Source: Seison nebaliae
Taxonomy: Eukaryota
Assembly (NCBI GenBank): GCA_023231475.1
Contig: JALJEE010002943.1
Coordinates: forward strand, 1-64,000
DNA length: 64,000 nt
Direction: 5' to 3'
Within the stretch, counting starts at the first letter, position 1. The number at the start of each line of letters is the position of its first letter. The position numbers and the translations under genes were made by a program. Shown one piece after another: positions 28,353 to 41,362 of the stretch. Under the pieces are notes generated by a model that saw only the letters and a program-made list of their open reading frames with translations, was not told the DNA's origin and did not search any database.

Positions 28353-30635
28353 ATGGTAATTAAACGACTGAGACAAAGATACAGTTCAATCTACACACTC
28401 AAACATATCATAGAATCATCAACAATCATGAATAAAATGAATTCAAACAGTGAAAATAGAAAAGAATTATTCCCAACTAAATCGTTGAATAAACTATTAT
28501 CTCCATTAAACGATCGCGTAACAACATTGGTAGAAATGGCTTCATCGTCGAAAGAGAATGAGATAACGATGGATCAATGGCAAATGACAGCTGCCAGACT
28601 ACACGATTCTACCGAAAACATATTGAAATTAATTAAAGAACGCGAATATCTCTCAGGGAAACTGACAGCGATCGTCGAAGATATTCAATCGTTAACACAA
28701 AAGTTAATTAATAAAGATCAGCCGATAGAGAATGCTCAACAAGTCCTCCAGATCTGCTACAACATCTTGACAGATTTAAAGAAACTTTTAATTAATCTTC
28801 ACGAGGAACATATTAATCGATTGATTGCTGATCTCCGATTCCTTCAACAATATTTTCAGACTATTCAACTAATTAATAATGTTGATGAATTAACAAAATT
28901 TATAGAAAACTTGAAGAGTCTTTTAACGAATATCCGAAATGATTTAAATCGATTATCCAACGACTTGTATGATGATGAACAATCAAAACTCATTTGTCAA
29001 CAAACGAACAATTTATCAAAATATCTTTCTTTATTTTTGAATATCTCCAAAATTTTTGTAACAGAAGAACAAACGAAAAAATCATTAAAAATTCGGCAAT
29101 TAAATGTAGAATTAATTTTTGATATTACCAATCGATTAATCGATTCGATTCGTGGGGAAGAAGTTGAAGAGAATATCACAACTTATATTTTCAAATATTT
29201 GACAGTTCCATCAATCCAATGGCTAAAATGTTTCATCAGTTATCCAAGAACCGAAGTATCATTGAATGATGATTATTTATCAGTCAGATGTTTAATTGAT
29301 TCGATAGGCAATCACTATAATTTGCATGAATCGATTGTAAATAATTTATTAGAATTTGATGCATGTATTGAAGTGTTGTCGAAAATAGCAGCAAATAATC
29401 GAAATGAATTAGAAAGTAGTACAACTAAAAATATTGCTAATATTGCTTTGTGTAAACTGAAGGAGATTATTGATGAATTAGAGAGCAATGACAAAGTTAT
29501 CTCGCTCCAATCAAATATTGGCCAATTATCGAATAACAAACAAATATTTAGTAATATAGAACAACTGAAGAAAATTATCGTTTTACATGAAGAATGTAAA
29601 ACTACTGAAAATTTCTCGTTTTCTTCAGTTGCATCAATAATATGTAATGAAATTATTCGACTATTCAATTTGAATTTTATTCAAGATGAACAAATTTCAA
29701 AATTTCTTTTAGAAACATTTCCAGAGTATCTGAAGGAATTCCAAACAACTGAGGATGCGAATAGACGACTGGAAATAATGAAACAAATATTATTGAAAGG
29801 AAATTTGAAAAAAGATTTGGACAATTTCCAATTAAAATCACCTGACAATCATCCATTGGGCTCAATTCTAAAGAAGAATCAAAACGTTAAATATCAATCA
29901 AATAAACAGAATACTCGCTCAACATCTACATCTGCGACGAAAGGAGAAACTGCAATTACTTCTACTTCTTTTACAAATATATCACAACGTGAAAAATGTA
30001 GAAAGACATCTGCGACCACCAAATCGAGAACATCATCGAAAGAGCATTGTTCCACGATTGTAACACTTTCTCCAGTGATAATGGACGTCTTAGAGAACAA
30101 TAGAGAACATTCTCATTTGAAACGATCATCATCATCTTATAATCAATTTCAGAATTTATCTAACGACAATAATTCAATTTTATACGTCATCGTACACGAA
30201 TGGAATGAACTAGCGAAATTAGTGAAAAAAGAAGAAAATGAAAATATTCAATTTGCTTTAATCACTCACTGTCGACGGTTATATGAATTATGTAAATTAT
30301 ATGAAGAAATCGTTTCTTCAATTATCGACACAAATACGAATGAAACATCTCAACGATTAGATGAAATAGAAGCGATTGCACAACGACTACCGTTACTAAC
30401 TCAACAATTAAATGTGTTGTCGATTGTGAAGACTTCGGTGATTAACAAACCACAAGATTGTCAAGAAGAAAAGATTGCACTTGCCACCTGTGCCACAAAT
30501 TTAGTGCGAACAATTGTACAAATAACAAAAATTTTAGAGACATTCTCTCACTCCAATATCCAATTGGATAAACGACAATTGAAACAATTCCAAAATTTAT
30601 TAAAACGAACCGGCTCCTCGTACGATTTACAATAA
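28353..30635 (+). CDS. Divergent vinculin/alpha-catenin family protein, single exon
   Basis: N-terminal FPTKSLNKLLSPLNDRVTTLV and C-terminal LPLLTQQLNVLSIVKT...LATCATNLVRTI resemble vinculin/catenin head and tail motifs. The start may be the Met at 28428. Confidence 0.6.
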   Translation: MVIKRLRQRYSSIYTLKHIIESSTIMNKMNSNSENRKELFPTKSLNKLLSPLNDRVTTLVEMASSSKENEITMDQWQMTAARLHDSTENILKLIKEREYLSGKLTAIVEDIQSLTQKLINKDQPIENAQQVLQICYNILTDLKKLLINLHEEHINRLIADLRFLQQYFQTIQLINNVDELTKFIENLKSLLTNIRNDLNRLSNDLYDDEQSKLICQQTNNLSKYLSLFLNISKIFVTEEQTKKSLKIRQLNVELIFDITNRLIDSIRGEEVEENITTYIFKYLTVPSIQWLKCFISYPRTEVSLNDDYLSVRCLIDSIGNHYNLHESIVNNLLEFDACIEVLSKIAANNRNELESSTTKNIANIALCKLKEIIDELESNDKVISLQSNIGQLSNNKQIFSNIEQLKKIIVLHEECKTTENFSFSSVASIICNEIIRLFNLNFIQDEQISKFLLETFPEYLKEFQTTEDANRRLEIMKQILLKGNLKKDLDNFQLKSPDNHPLGSILKKNQNVKYQSNKQNTRSTSTSATKGETAITSTSFTNISQREKCRKTSATTKSRTSSKEHCSTIVTLSPVIMDVLENNREHSHLKRSSSSYNQFQNLSNDNNSILYVIVHEWNELAKLVKKEENENIQFALITHCRRLYELCKLYEEIVSSIIDTNTNETSQRLDEIEAIAQRLPLLTQQLNVLSIVKTSVINKPQDCQEEKIALATCATNLVRTIVQITKILETFSHSNIQLDKRQLKQFQNLLKRTGSSYDLQ

Positions 30636-30926
30636 AATACCTAATTCTCATTATTTAAATAGTTTCATTTGAAAAATTATATTAAATAAATTTTCTGTAC
30701 ACTTACATTGATAATAAAACAATCGAATTTCTTTTCTAATTTTTATGAAATAATTTGGATTTTCGTTGTTATTGTTTCTATGACAACAACGATCGAAAGC
30801 TGTTAGTTCAATAACAATTTGTGTTAAAGTGAAGTAAAGTGAAGGAATATAGCATAATATCAAACATTTTATCTCAACTATATTTCCATAGAATTCATTA
30901 TCATCATTTAACCTAACATTATAAAT

Positions 30927-33438
30927 ATGAGTTTACCGTTTCTTCCGGGAAATGCGATTCCTTGTCATGTTATCTTCTTCCAATTATTTCTCCTCTTTGA
31001 AATTTCTCTTATTTACAGAAAGGAAAAACCACGTTGAAACAATCGCTAAATTATCGTAATGGATATCGAGTTTGTTTTCCTGCTCGTTTCGATAAAGATG
31101 GCAATCCAATACAAGACATTAAATTGACTGAAGTTCAAATTTTTCCTTAGTTTCATATGATAATTTTCGTGAAATACTTACAGCAAGAAATGGCTGATTT
31201 GGCCGATTTACAAACTAATTTGACATATGGAGAAAAACGAACTAAATCAACTAAAATCATACCTCGTTATGAGGCATTAGCTAACAAAGTTGCGAATTTT
31301 AATTTTATTATAATACAATTAATAAATTTAAAAGGTCTTAAGATTTTTTGGATATTTTAAGCAGACAATTTTGGAAAGTCCTGAAGAATATTATCGAGTA
31401 CGACCAGTAACACTCTACTATTATTTAGAAGATGATACGATGCAGATGAATGAGAAGAATGTTGAGAATTCGGGAATAAATCAGGTAAAACTATATTTTA
31501 TAATAATTATGTAATACATAATATTTTTATAATTCCAATTAAATAGGGAAAATTCTTGAAAAGGCATCAATTCTTAAAGAACGAAAATAATGACACTTAT
31601 TCTTGGAAAGATTTAAATATTTCGATGAACTTACCAATTTATGGACGAGTCTTTCGTATTTCCGACTGTGATCCGTTCACGAAGGTTTTATAATATATTC
31701 GAAAATCTTTAACTTTAATTATTAAAAATTATTTATTCTAATTAGGAATGGTTAACTAGTGAAGGTATAATAGTTAATGAACCTGAATTAATACCTAACG
31801 ATCCATATATGGAAAAGAGGACACATGCTGCCAATGTCAAAACTTTCCAAACACCAAATGATTATGATTCCTACAAACAATTCTTAGAAATGGATCGTAA
31901 AGTTTAAACTTTACACTATACAGAAGAACTAAAATTCTTAATTTTAATTTGTCTACTAAAAAAGGTTCTCCGTTTCCTCGCACTTTGGGATGATCGCGAT
32001 TCGATGTTTGGTGAAGTAAGACCATATCTCATTCAATATTATTTGGTGAATGATACGATAGAAATAAGAGAAATTCACGAAATAAATGATGGTCGTGAAC
32101 CATTTCCCTTATTAGTAAATCGACATAAGATTCCGATCAATCGAGATGCAATTTATGATATTTTCCCTCCGACTGAACCAGTAACGAAAAAATTATATTT
32201 CACTCCAGAAGTTCCCATTAGTTTTACTAGATAAAAATTTGAAATTATCATAAAATTTAGGATTTCCGTGTTGGTGGAACTGTAATAATTTATGGTCGAA
32301 AATTTATTCTTTATGATTGTGATGCTTTCACGAAAGATTATTACAGACAGAATTTTGGTGTAACTGATTTTTCGTCTCCTACGTTAAATATTCCAAATTT
32401 TAAAGCCGAAAACTTACCAAAGATGGTTAGTTGATTTTGGGATGAATAATAAATTTTCATTTAATCTATTTTATTTAAAGGAAATTGCACCATATGAAGG
32501 ATATGGTGATATTGCTGATTCAGTTCAATCTTCTCTGAAATTAGTACCAGAGCCACCAAAGAAAGATCTAATAAAATTGATCGAAAATCAACATAATCAT
32601 TTGAGATATGAAGCAGTATTGGTTAGTTAATCGATTAATTTCTCAATTAATAATTTCTAATAATAATAAAACAATTAATATATTTTTAAAGGATTCAGTT
32701 TATGAAGTTGACAAAGGACGTCGATTTGTTATCTCTTACAATTTATCGAACGATACAATTTCAATTTATGAACCACCTGTTGCTAATTCTGGTTTTACTA
32801 CGGGAAAAGTTTTACTTCCTTCTCGTATTACCAAACCAGGAAGTGATCCTAATAATGCGGAATTTTATGGTCCTAAAGATCTTTATCCTGGAGCAACCGT
32901 GACAATGTTCAAACGTCGTTATGTGATATTTAATGCGGACTTGCATGTATTAAAATATGCGGAGGAACATCAAGATCAGTTTGGAGAGAAAGCATTAACG
33001 GCATTAAGACAGAAACTTGGAACAGAATTGATGGTAGAGAATCAGAAGGATGAAAATCATATTGTTAAACGAGAATTGTTAATTTTTTTTTAATTTTTTA
33101 ATTTCAAAATTTTTCTTTTTTAGACCTAATTTATCAGATAATGATATTTTAGAGGAGGTAAGAAATAAGTTGAAATCATGTCGAATTACTGGTGCGGAGA
33201 AAATGCGATCATTATTCTTACAAATAAATAATGATCGAACGGGTTACATTAGTAAAGATAATATGAAAGCATTTTTCCATAAATTGAATTTGCCAATGGA
33301 TGAGGCTTTATTAGATAAGGTTCAATTTTTTTATTACAAAAAATGAAATCAAAACAATTTTTAAAAAAGATTATGAAAGAATGTTCGACAGATGGAAAAG
33401 TTGATTTACAGAAATTCTCAGAATTTTTCAACGAATAA
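30927..33438 (+). CDS. EFHC1: EF-hand domain-containing protein 1 (Rib72/EFHC1; three DM10 domains; ~11 exons)
   Basis: MSLPFLPGN start, [67 protein letters not shown] and a C-terminal EF-hand-like segment. Confidence 0.9.
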
Positions 33439-33520
33439 ATGAAAAAAACGAAATGGAATGTATGTTTGAGATGAATATGAAAAGATATATAAATTGATTT
33501 AAATAAAGAATGAATTCTTT

Positions 33521-34228
33521 CTAATAATTTGACATGATGACATTATTATGAGATTGTTTCTTTCTTCGTAACATAATCGATTCGATTAATAACAATGTTC
33601 CAGAAATGAATGAAAATATGGATGAGATGACGGCAAATGCATAAGACCAAGAATAATAATTGAATTCAGGTCGCGGCATCCAACTTCTGTCATCACCACG
33701 TATTCCAAAAATGACGACTGCAGTGAACATACATAGACCTGATAAGAGTGTAGCGATCGATCCGGAGAAGAGAAGAGTAAACGAATTACCGTTCTCCATA
33801 AATGTTGATAATGAGAGAAGTATCATTGCTAGAATGATAAGTATAAGAGCCAATGTTGCTAAGCCTTGAACTGCGCGAAACCATTCTGAAAAGAAAGAAA
33901 TAAAAATAAATATGATTAAATTAATTTTAAATTAATTTTAAATAATTTAACGATCAAGTAAATGTTGTGAGACATCACTTGATGACAATTGATATAAAGA
34001 AGAACACTTATTCAAATCATTCTCATCAATTGTAAGATTGAAGGAAGTGAGATTGTTGACATCAGAGAAACAAACTATCCAAATACCTATCGATCTGATG
34101 GAAGTGGGAGAGTGAGTACAAACAGTCAATTGGGAAGTGGAATGTAAAGCGATTGCGAATGATGTAGCTAAAATAATAATTCCTAATCCACTTCTCCTAT
34201 GAATATCAGTTGTTTTCAATCGTTTCAT
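33521..34228 (-). CDS. Claudin-like isoform B (alternative first exon 33952-34228 joined to the common exon)
   Basis: Own ATG, TM1 (LGIIILATSFAIAL), SIGIWIVCF...KC signature, a phase-1 GTTAAA donor and a 66-nt intron to the same acceptor. Confidence 0.6.
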
Positions 34229-34977
34229 TTGTCCAATTCAATCGGAAATTTGTTTAAATTAAAATAAATATTATTTGATGGAAGTTCATCTGATAGAAAT
34301 TAAACAATTTTCATATGAGAAATAATTTTGTTTATTCGATGAGCAGCTGTTACATTCAATAAGAGGAAGAAATATATTGAAGAATAATATTTGTAAAGTA
34401 ATTTCATTGAACTGGAGAGATTGAAGAAGAATGAAGAGAAAAACGAACCTGGCCACATCCATGAACGGAAACGAAACATATATCCTGATAGTTGCCAATG
34501 ACAACCGATTAATAATTCTTGAACATCATCTTTCCATAAACGATGACCGTTAAAACATATCTCCCAAAGTCCTACACGTATAAACGTATTTTGAGTAACG
34601 TTATATGATTCCACCCAATAAGGCGACGAATAAGCGAAAAGGAATAAAGTACAAGAAAGGAGAAAGAATATGATTCCATAAAATACTAATTTCGACATAA
34701 TCAGTCGATGGATTTTAATGAATTTATTATTCTTCTCTTCTTCCTCTTCATCCAGATTCTTTTCGATTGAAAATGATCGATCAGTATCACCTACCGCTTG
34801 AGTATATTGATGAGTGCCATCGTTTATCATCACTAGATTAGCCGCTCCTGACGGTGAACTGTAAGCAGTATTTATAACACCAGCGGCATCTACTGTCGTT
34901 GTATTAGGTTCATTGTGGACAATTTCGCGCAACTGAGCGCGAATTCGAGCTAATTCATTTGGGTCGTTTCCCGTCAT
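33521..34977 (-). CDS. Claudin/PMP22-like tetraspan protein, isoform A (exon A ending at 34449 joined to common exon 33521-33885)
   Basis: SPYWVES...RVGLWEICF...GCHW...WPE|WFRAVQ, then TM2-TM4 with WMPRPEFNYYSWSY. The start is 34977 or 34698. Confidence 0.8.
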
Positions 34978-36490
34978 TGACTAATAAGCAAAATAAATTA
35001 GTCAGAAAGTACAATTCAAATGAGTCCGATCTTCTTCTTATACTCATTTTCCTCTCTTGTTCTCACAGTTTTAGATTTAAATTATTTAGCTTTTATTCTA
35101 ACCTATTAATTATTAATATATTCTTCCAATTCTATTTCTTCCAAACTTGAACAGAGATGTTTAATGATTTCAGGTATCACTATTTTCTACGAGCATTTCA
35201 TCTCTACAATAAATTTACAGTTCCGGAATTAAGAATAATTTTATTTTCATTTCTTTTATATCACAACTAGGTGAAAAGTTATAAAAGCAATCTCTTATAC
35301 AAATATAAAGAAACTTTCGAAAATTGTTTTTTTTTGAGAAACATAACATAAAAAGTAGATCAAATAAATATTTTGACAATTAATTGAACAAATAAAGTTC
35401 TCCATCACATCTACCAATAAAATAACAATAATTTCTCTACAGATTTTGAATTGAGTATGAGAAATGTGTTCAAAAAATTGTATAATAATATAAATAGCTA
35501 AAAAGATAAAAGCTAAACTTTTAAACATAATAAATATTCAAAAAGTTGTCAAACAGGTTCCTAAAGAGGAACCATTTGTAAGCTGAACATCATATATCAT
35601 CCATGTTCTATCTTAAGATGGTGCAGTTTGAATTGTAAATCATACAATGGATACTGTTCACATTATTCTATAATAATAAAAATCTATTTTTAAAGGGTTT
35701 TTCTTAATATTCAGGGTTATTTTTAGAGCACATAGGTGCTTTAATAGTATAGGTCAGGCATCTCATCGGGAAATGGTTTGTATCTTATTTTTCTTATTTA
35801 TTTCATTAATTTGATTGTAGATGATGATAACTGTAGAGAGCGGTCAAAACATGTATTGGTTATAGTACCAGAAAAAGATAGCTAGAGGATCTTGTAAGTT
35901 ATATTCAAAATCCAAACATTCCAAAAAAGATGGACCATTAACTAAAGGTTGCCTTGAAATTACCAACGTTCCTCAATAACTCTATTGTTACATGGCGAAT
36001 CTAAGACATTATGACGGATATTTCTTTTAATTACTTCTCCTTCAATCATTTCTTTTATCTCCTTTTTCTTTCCAATTTCAATTGATTTAATTTATAATAA
36101 ACAATTTTTCTTGAATATAAAAATAACAAACTAAATTGATGTTAATTCATGAGAAGAATTTAAAAAGAAATGTTCATGACTCGATCACGTCTTCATGAAA
36201 AATAAAATTTTCAAGGGAATAAATACATAAAAATGCAGTTTCATTTCCTTCCAATTCACTAACTGTCACGTGTCTAAATTTTTGGAGACAGTTGACACAC
36301 CCATATAAATATGAGGAGATTCCCTTTCAGAGCAGTATTAGTTAGATACGACTTTTTTGAAGAAAATATTTGAAGAAGCTTTTTATTGAAAGAAAAATTT
36401 ATGAAATTTTCAAATTATTTTCTTTATATTCTTTTTTTTTCAAATATCTTTTCGATCGCTTATGATTGATCAATGAAACAATGTCTGCCA

Positions 36491-36512
36491 ATATATATAT
36501 ATATATATATAT
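36491..36512. repeat. (AT)11 microsatellite
   Basis: Read directly from the sequence. Confidence 0.9.
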
Positions 36513-36683
36513 GGTGAGATGTGAATTATGTTTTATTGAGTCATTTCTTATAATCATTGACTAAAACTAGTTAAATTATTTTCTCATTTTTGATTTTATT
36601 CTTACTGATTAATATGTCTTCCACATGTTCTTAGATCTCATTTTCTTCTATTTTCATTTTTTTCTATCATTCTCTAATCGACT

Positions 36684-37952
36684 ATGCCTCCACGTATCAT
36701 CAAGAAAGATGTTTCTGATCAATTTGAATCGGAGAATATAATTCCGGATGAAGATCAGATTCGATTACAATACGAAAATGTTTTATTTAATTCTTTTCCA
36801 ATTCTCTAATTTCTTTCCATTCTTCTATTTCGATTTTAATCGGAACTGAAACTGAAATTTTGGAAATGGAAAGGATCGAGAAATACGTGAAAGAAAACAA
36901 AGAGAAATAAATGAAGAGAATGCACGATTGTTGAAAGAGTATAAGGATCAATTACGTCCGAAGAAGAAGGATGGCTATCAAATGGAAATCGTTTGGAGAA
37001 ACGTCATTTTATTCTCCTTATTGCACATTGGAGCATTAATAGGAATTCGGCAAATATTCTCATTTTCCGCATCAATCTACACAATCATTTTCAGTTAACT
37101 TCCAATATTTTTTTTATAACTTTTTTATATTTTCTAAAGCTATCATTTATCATGGTGCGGGATGTCTAGGAATAACGGCGGGTGCTCATCGATTATGGTC
37201 ACATCGAACATATGAAGCTAAATTACCGCTCAAAATATTCTTGGCTATTCTTCAAACGATTGCATTTGAAAATGATATAATCGAATGGTCTAGAGATCAT
37301 CGAGTACATCATAAGTTTAGTGAAACGGATGCTGATCCACATAATGCAAAGTTAAAATTTTTATTTTTTTAAATTTAAAGAAAAAAAAACTCATTTCACA
37401 CAATATAGACGAGGATTGTTCTTTGCTCATATGGGATGGTTATTGGTAAAGAAACATCCGGATGTTAAAGAGAAAGGAAAGAAAATTCCAGTGAATGATT
37501 TGATGGAGGATCTCGTTTGTGTCATTCAACGTCGTATCTATTTACCAGCTGTCTTATTCTTCGTTTTCATATTACCGACAATTATTCCTTATTATTTTTG
37601 GAATGAAAGTCTATTCAATGCATTTTATATAGCAGCTTTGCTACGTTACACGATGACTTTGCACGCCACGTGGCTAGTCAATTCAGTTGCTCATTTTTGG
37701 GGAATGAAACCATATGACGTCCGAATAAATCCAACGGAGAATTGGTTTGTCATTTTCGGCGCATTAGGAGAAGGCTTTCACAATTATCATCATACTTTCC
37801 CACAAGACTATTCGGCAAGTGAATTCGCATTTTTCAATTTTACAACTCATTTTCTCGATCTAATGGCGAAATTTGGCTTAGCGTATAATCTTAAGAAAGT
37901 CAATCCAGAAATTATTCGTAAAAGAAAATTACGTACTGGTATGTGCAATTGA
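36684..37952 (+). CDS. SCD: Stearoyl-CoA (delta-9) desaturase (4 exons)
   Basis: MPP start, IVWRNV, GITAGAHRLWSH, DHRVHHKFSETDADPHNA, FFAHMGWL and GEGFHNYHHTFPQDY histidine boxes. Confidence 0.93.
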
Positions 37953-40900
37953 ATTATTTGAATATTTCTCGTTAAATATTTATCGGTGATTGATGATCTC
38001 TTCAATTCAATATCTCTTCTCTTAAGATTTCGTCTTGTTAACTTTGGATCGATTAGCGACTCAAATCAATTAATCAAATTGTTTCAGAAACAATTCCAAC
38101 TTTTTCATTTTCTCATTTCTTATCTCTACTAGAAAAAAATAGAATTACTTTTTAATTCTCGATCTCGATATATTTATTTGTTTGTTTAGTTTGAATTTGT
38201 TTACTAATCACAATTGGTGTGGTAAGATTCCACAGAAAATTAACTCTTTCTCCACATTTTCCCCATATCAATAAAATTTTTATAAACGGAAAATGTTAAT
38301 TTCCAACTTTCATTTTTCTTGTACGATTTTAATCGATCAATTTCAAATTTATCTCAATTGTAAATGAATTTGGGAAATGAAAATGAAAAGAAAAGAAAAA
38401 AATTATTCCGTTCACTTTCGAAGACGAAGAGGAAGTTTATTTGATAAGTGATGTTCGATGAAGAAATATTTAGTTGATGATATCGATCAATCAAATGAAG
38501 AGAATTCTTTCAACAACATTAAGATTATATAATTCATTGATAGTGTAATGAATAATTAATCAGATATTACTTCACAAATGGAATAATGAATGAGTGCCGA
38601 TATGTCATTCCAATCAATGGAGATGCCGAATACTTTTCTTCCCAATTGCAGTAAATATCTTTCTTTCCAATGCTCCTATCTTGAACACCCACCAATTGAA
38701 CATACACATATGCATATTTGGGTTTAGAATGGAACGGAAGAAAAATATTTTATGTTCCTGCACGCTTCCCACTATTCCTCCTTTCGAAAGATAGCATCTT
38801 TATTCGAAATGGAGTATCTCCTGTAAGGTATTGAGAAAAAATAAAAGATAATTCTAAATGGAAAGACTGTAAAAATTATTGATGTAATTTATATTCATAT
38901 AAATTTTCCTCTTTAAATTCTTTGTTCATTAATTGTGCCTAATGTAGTGCAGTGGTAAATGTCTTTCACTTTCTATTTCATGACAACTTAACGATTTGGA
39001 TGTTGGGACCAATTCTTAATATCTATCTTTCCCAATACTATTAATTCTTTCATCGAATGCAATTAACTTTGTCATTGGAAATCAACTAGACATTTAGTCT
39101 CTTCAAGTAACATTCTGATTATCATACATTATGAAATGATCTGAAATTTTACAATTTAACAATATTTAAATTAGAGAGATGAAAAAAAATATAATTTTTC
39201 GTTTATATTTCTTATGAATTGTTTTAGACTAAGAAATATATGAGGTATCTTCTGTTAGACCTAAATAAGATGACTTTAGTCGAAGAAGTTGAAATTTCAA
39301 TAAAATTTAATTCTGCGAAAAATATTTAATGATTTTTTATTCTTTATATGTTTTCTTATTTATCCTAATGAATTCTTTGATAAAACGGATTCTAACTCCA
39401 TTTTTCTTATTAAATGGCCTAATAATAATAGAAATACCCTTTTGAAAGTTGTTTATTCATTTGTTAATTAAAAATATTTGTTCATTTTTCGTGATGAGTT
39501 GATCCCCTTTCAACGTTAAATTCAAACTCGTTCGAACCAAAAATCTATTTCTAACATAAGTAATGTTAATTTCATGTCAACTTTTATTCGGCTAATCATA
39601 TTAATTCATTGATAACATTTAGAAGTATTGAATAATCTATTATTGAGAAAGTAAGTAACAATTAAACAAATTAAAATAGGCAGGTAGATTGATGGGTGGA
39701 TAGTTGAAAGCAAAATCATTTTTCATCCTTCCATCTCATGATATTTGAATGAATTGGGAGGAACATAAACTTCCTCTGTATTGTCCGTATTAGTTTGTCT
39801 GGAAAAACGTGGAAGGATGATCAACCTATAAAAAACCAATCAAGCAAATGACCAGAATTCTCTCAAAATATGATCATTGTTGTCATTTGCATGTCAAATA
39901 AATGGAGAATGAGAGGAAATAGCAATAGAAGCTGGAAGAATAAAAAAATTTGCATGAAATATGGATACAATAAATGTTGTATCACGCTGACTGATAGATA
40001 GATTATAATGAATTAATCAATTTTATTTCATTTTGCTAATAATAATCTCCTTTTCTTTCTTTTTTTCCTGTTCAAAATTTTGTTCGGATATAGATCTATA
40101 TTTTAGATGTTTCTTCTTCCAATATTTCATAATGATCCTGCTTATTGGTACCAATATTATGATCATACCATTTTCAAATGTATTGCAACCTCATTATTAA
40201 CTTTAAACATATGGTTTTAATCTAAAACTATAATATCGTAATATTATGCTCAAGAATGTTTTTCTGATATTATAAAATAATACGTGAATTTAAAATATTT
40301 GTCAAGTTGGCCAAATAATAGGTTTTGGAGGTAAAATATGCATTCATCCTAATAACTATTAATGAAGTTTAATAGTTCGATTAATGAACATAGATAGGTG
40401 AAATAGATAGATATTTTTGGATAAATGTTATGAACGATATATAAAAAATGAGTGATATATATTGATCGGCATATTCTCTGTCTATTAAATTCATTAAAAA
40501 GAAGAATGCACATTAAACTATCTAATACAAAACCATTAGTTTTAGGCAATTATACTATTTAAAGTTAATTGTCATATTGTGATGTAATAATTGAGAGTCC
40601 GAATTATTATTTTCAAATTCTTTATAATAAATTGTATACTCAAAGTATATCAGAACTATTCCAATGAAATTGAAACAATCAATGGAATAATTGCCTTACA
40701 TTACAATCATGGATATACTACAATAATAGATTATCAATTTTAATAATGTTCATACTATTAAAATGGCATTCGGGTGATATGTTTAAATCACCTAATTTTA
40801 ATTAAAATTTTTAGTAAGTACAATATTAAAATATAAATAATTTAATTATCGTAATGTTGTTATTTATATTATAGTTTTTTTCAGAATTACTTTCCGTTTT

Positions 40901-41362
40901 GACGAGTAAGCAAATTCTCTACAAATTTCCACTACATTAGAATTTAAAAAATTTTCCAATAATGTATTCTAATTATAATAATCTTTATAATGATTTACTT
41001 CGGTTTTTATCCTACTATGAATTTGTCCACTTAACGTAAGTAATTGTATAAACTGGTAAGATAAGTATGACGAATTAACAATATTATAAATATTTATCGG
41101 AAATATGTTCTATATATGTTCATCTTCAATTAGGTTTTTTGGAAAGAATGGGTGAGCGCATGTAATGTGGAAACATGAATATAAGGAAGCGAATTTCAAT
41201 AAGATGAAAATTTAAAATTTTAGAGGTAATATGACTCATTTATCGATTTTGAATTCTTAGGAAATATTCATCATGTAAAAATTCTCAAATATTTAATGTG
41301 TAATGAATACTTGTCGATTTGCATTGTAGAGTGAGTGAAGTTTTATTATACATATTTGGCGA

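Noticed and set aside
35540..35990. Cys-containing coding-like fragments interrupted by stops (possible pseudogene)
   Set aside because: No consistent exon chain or recognisable family.
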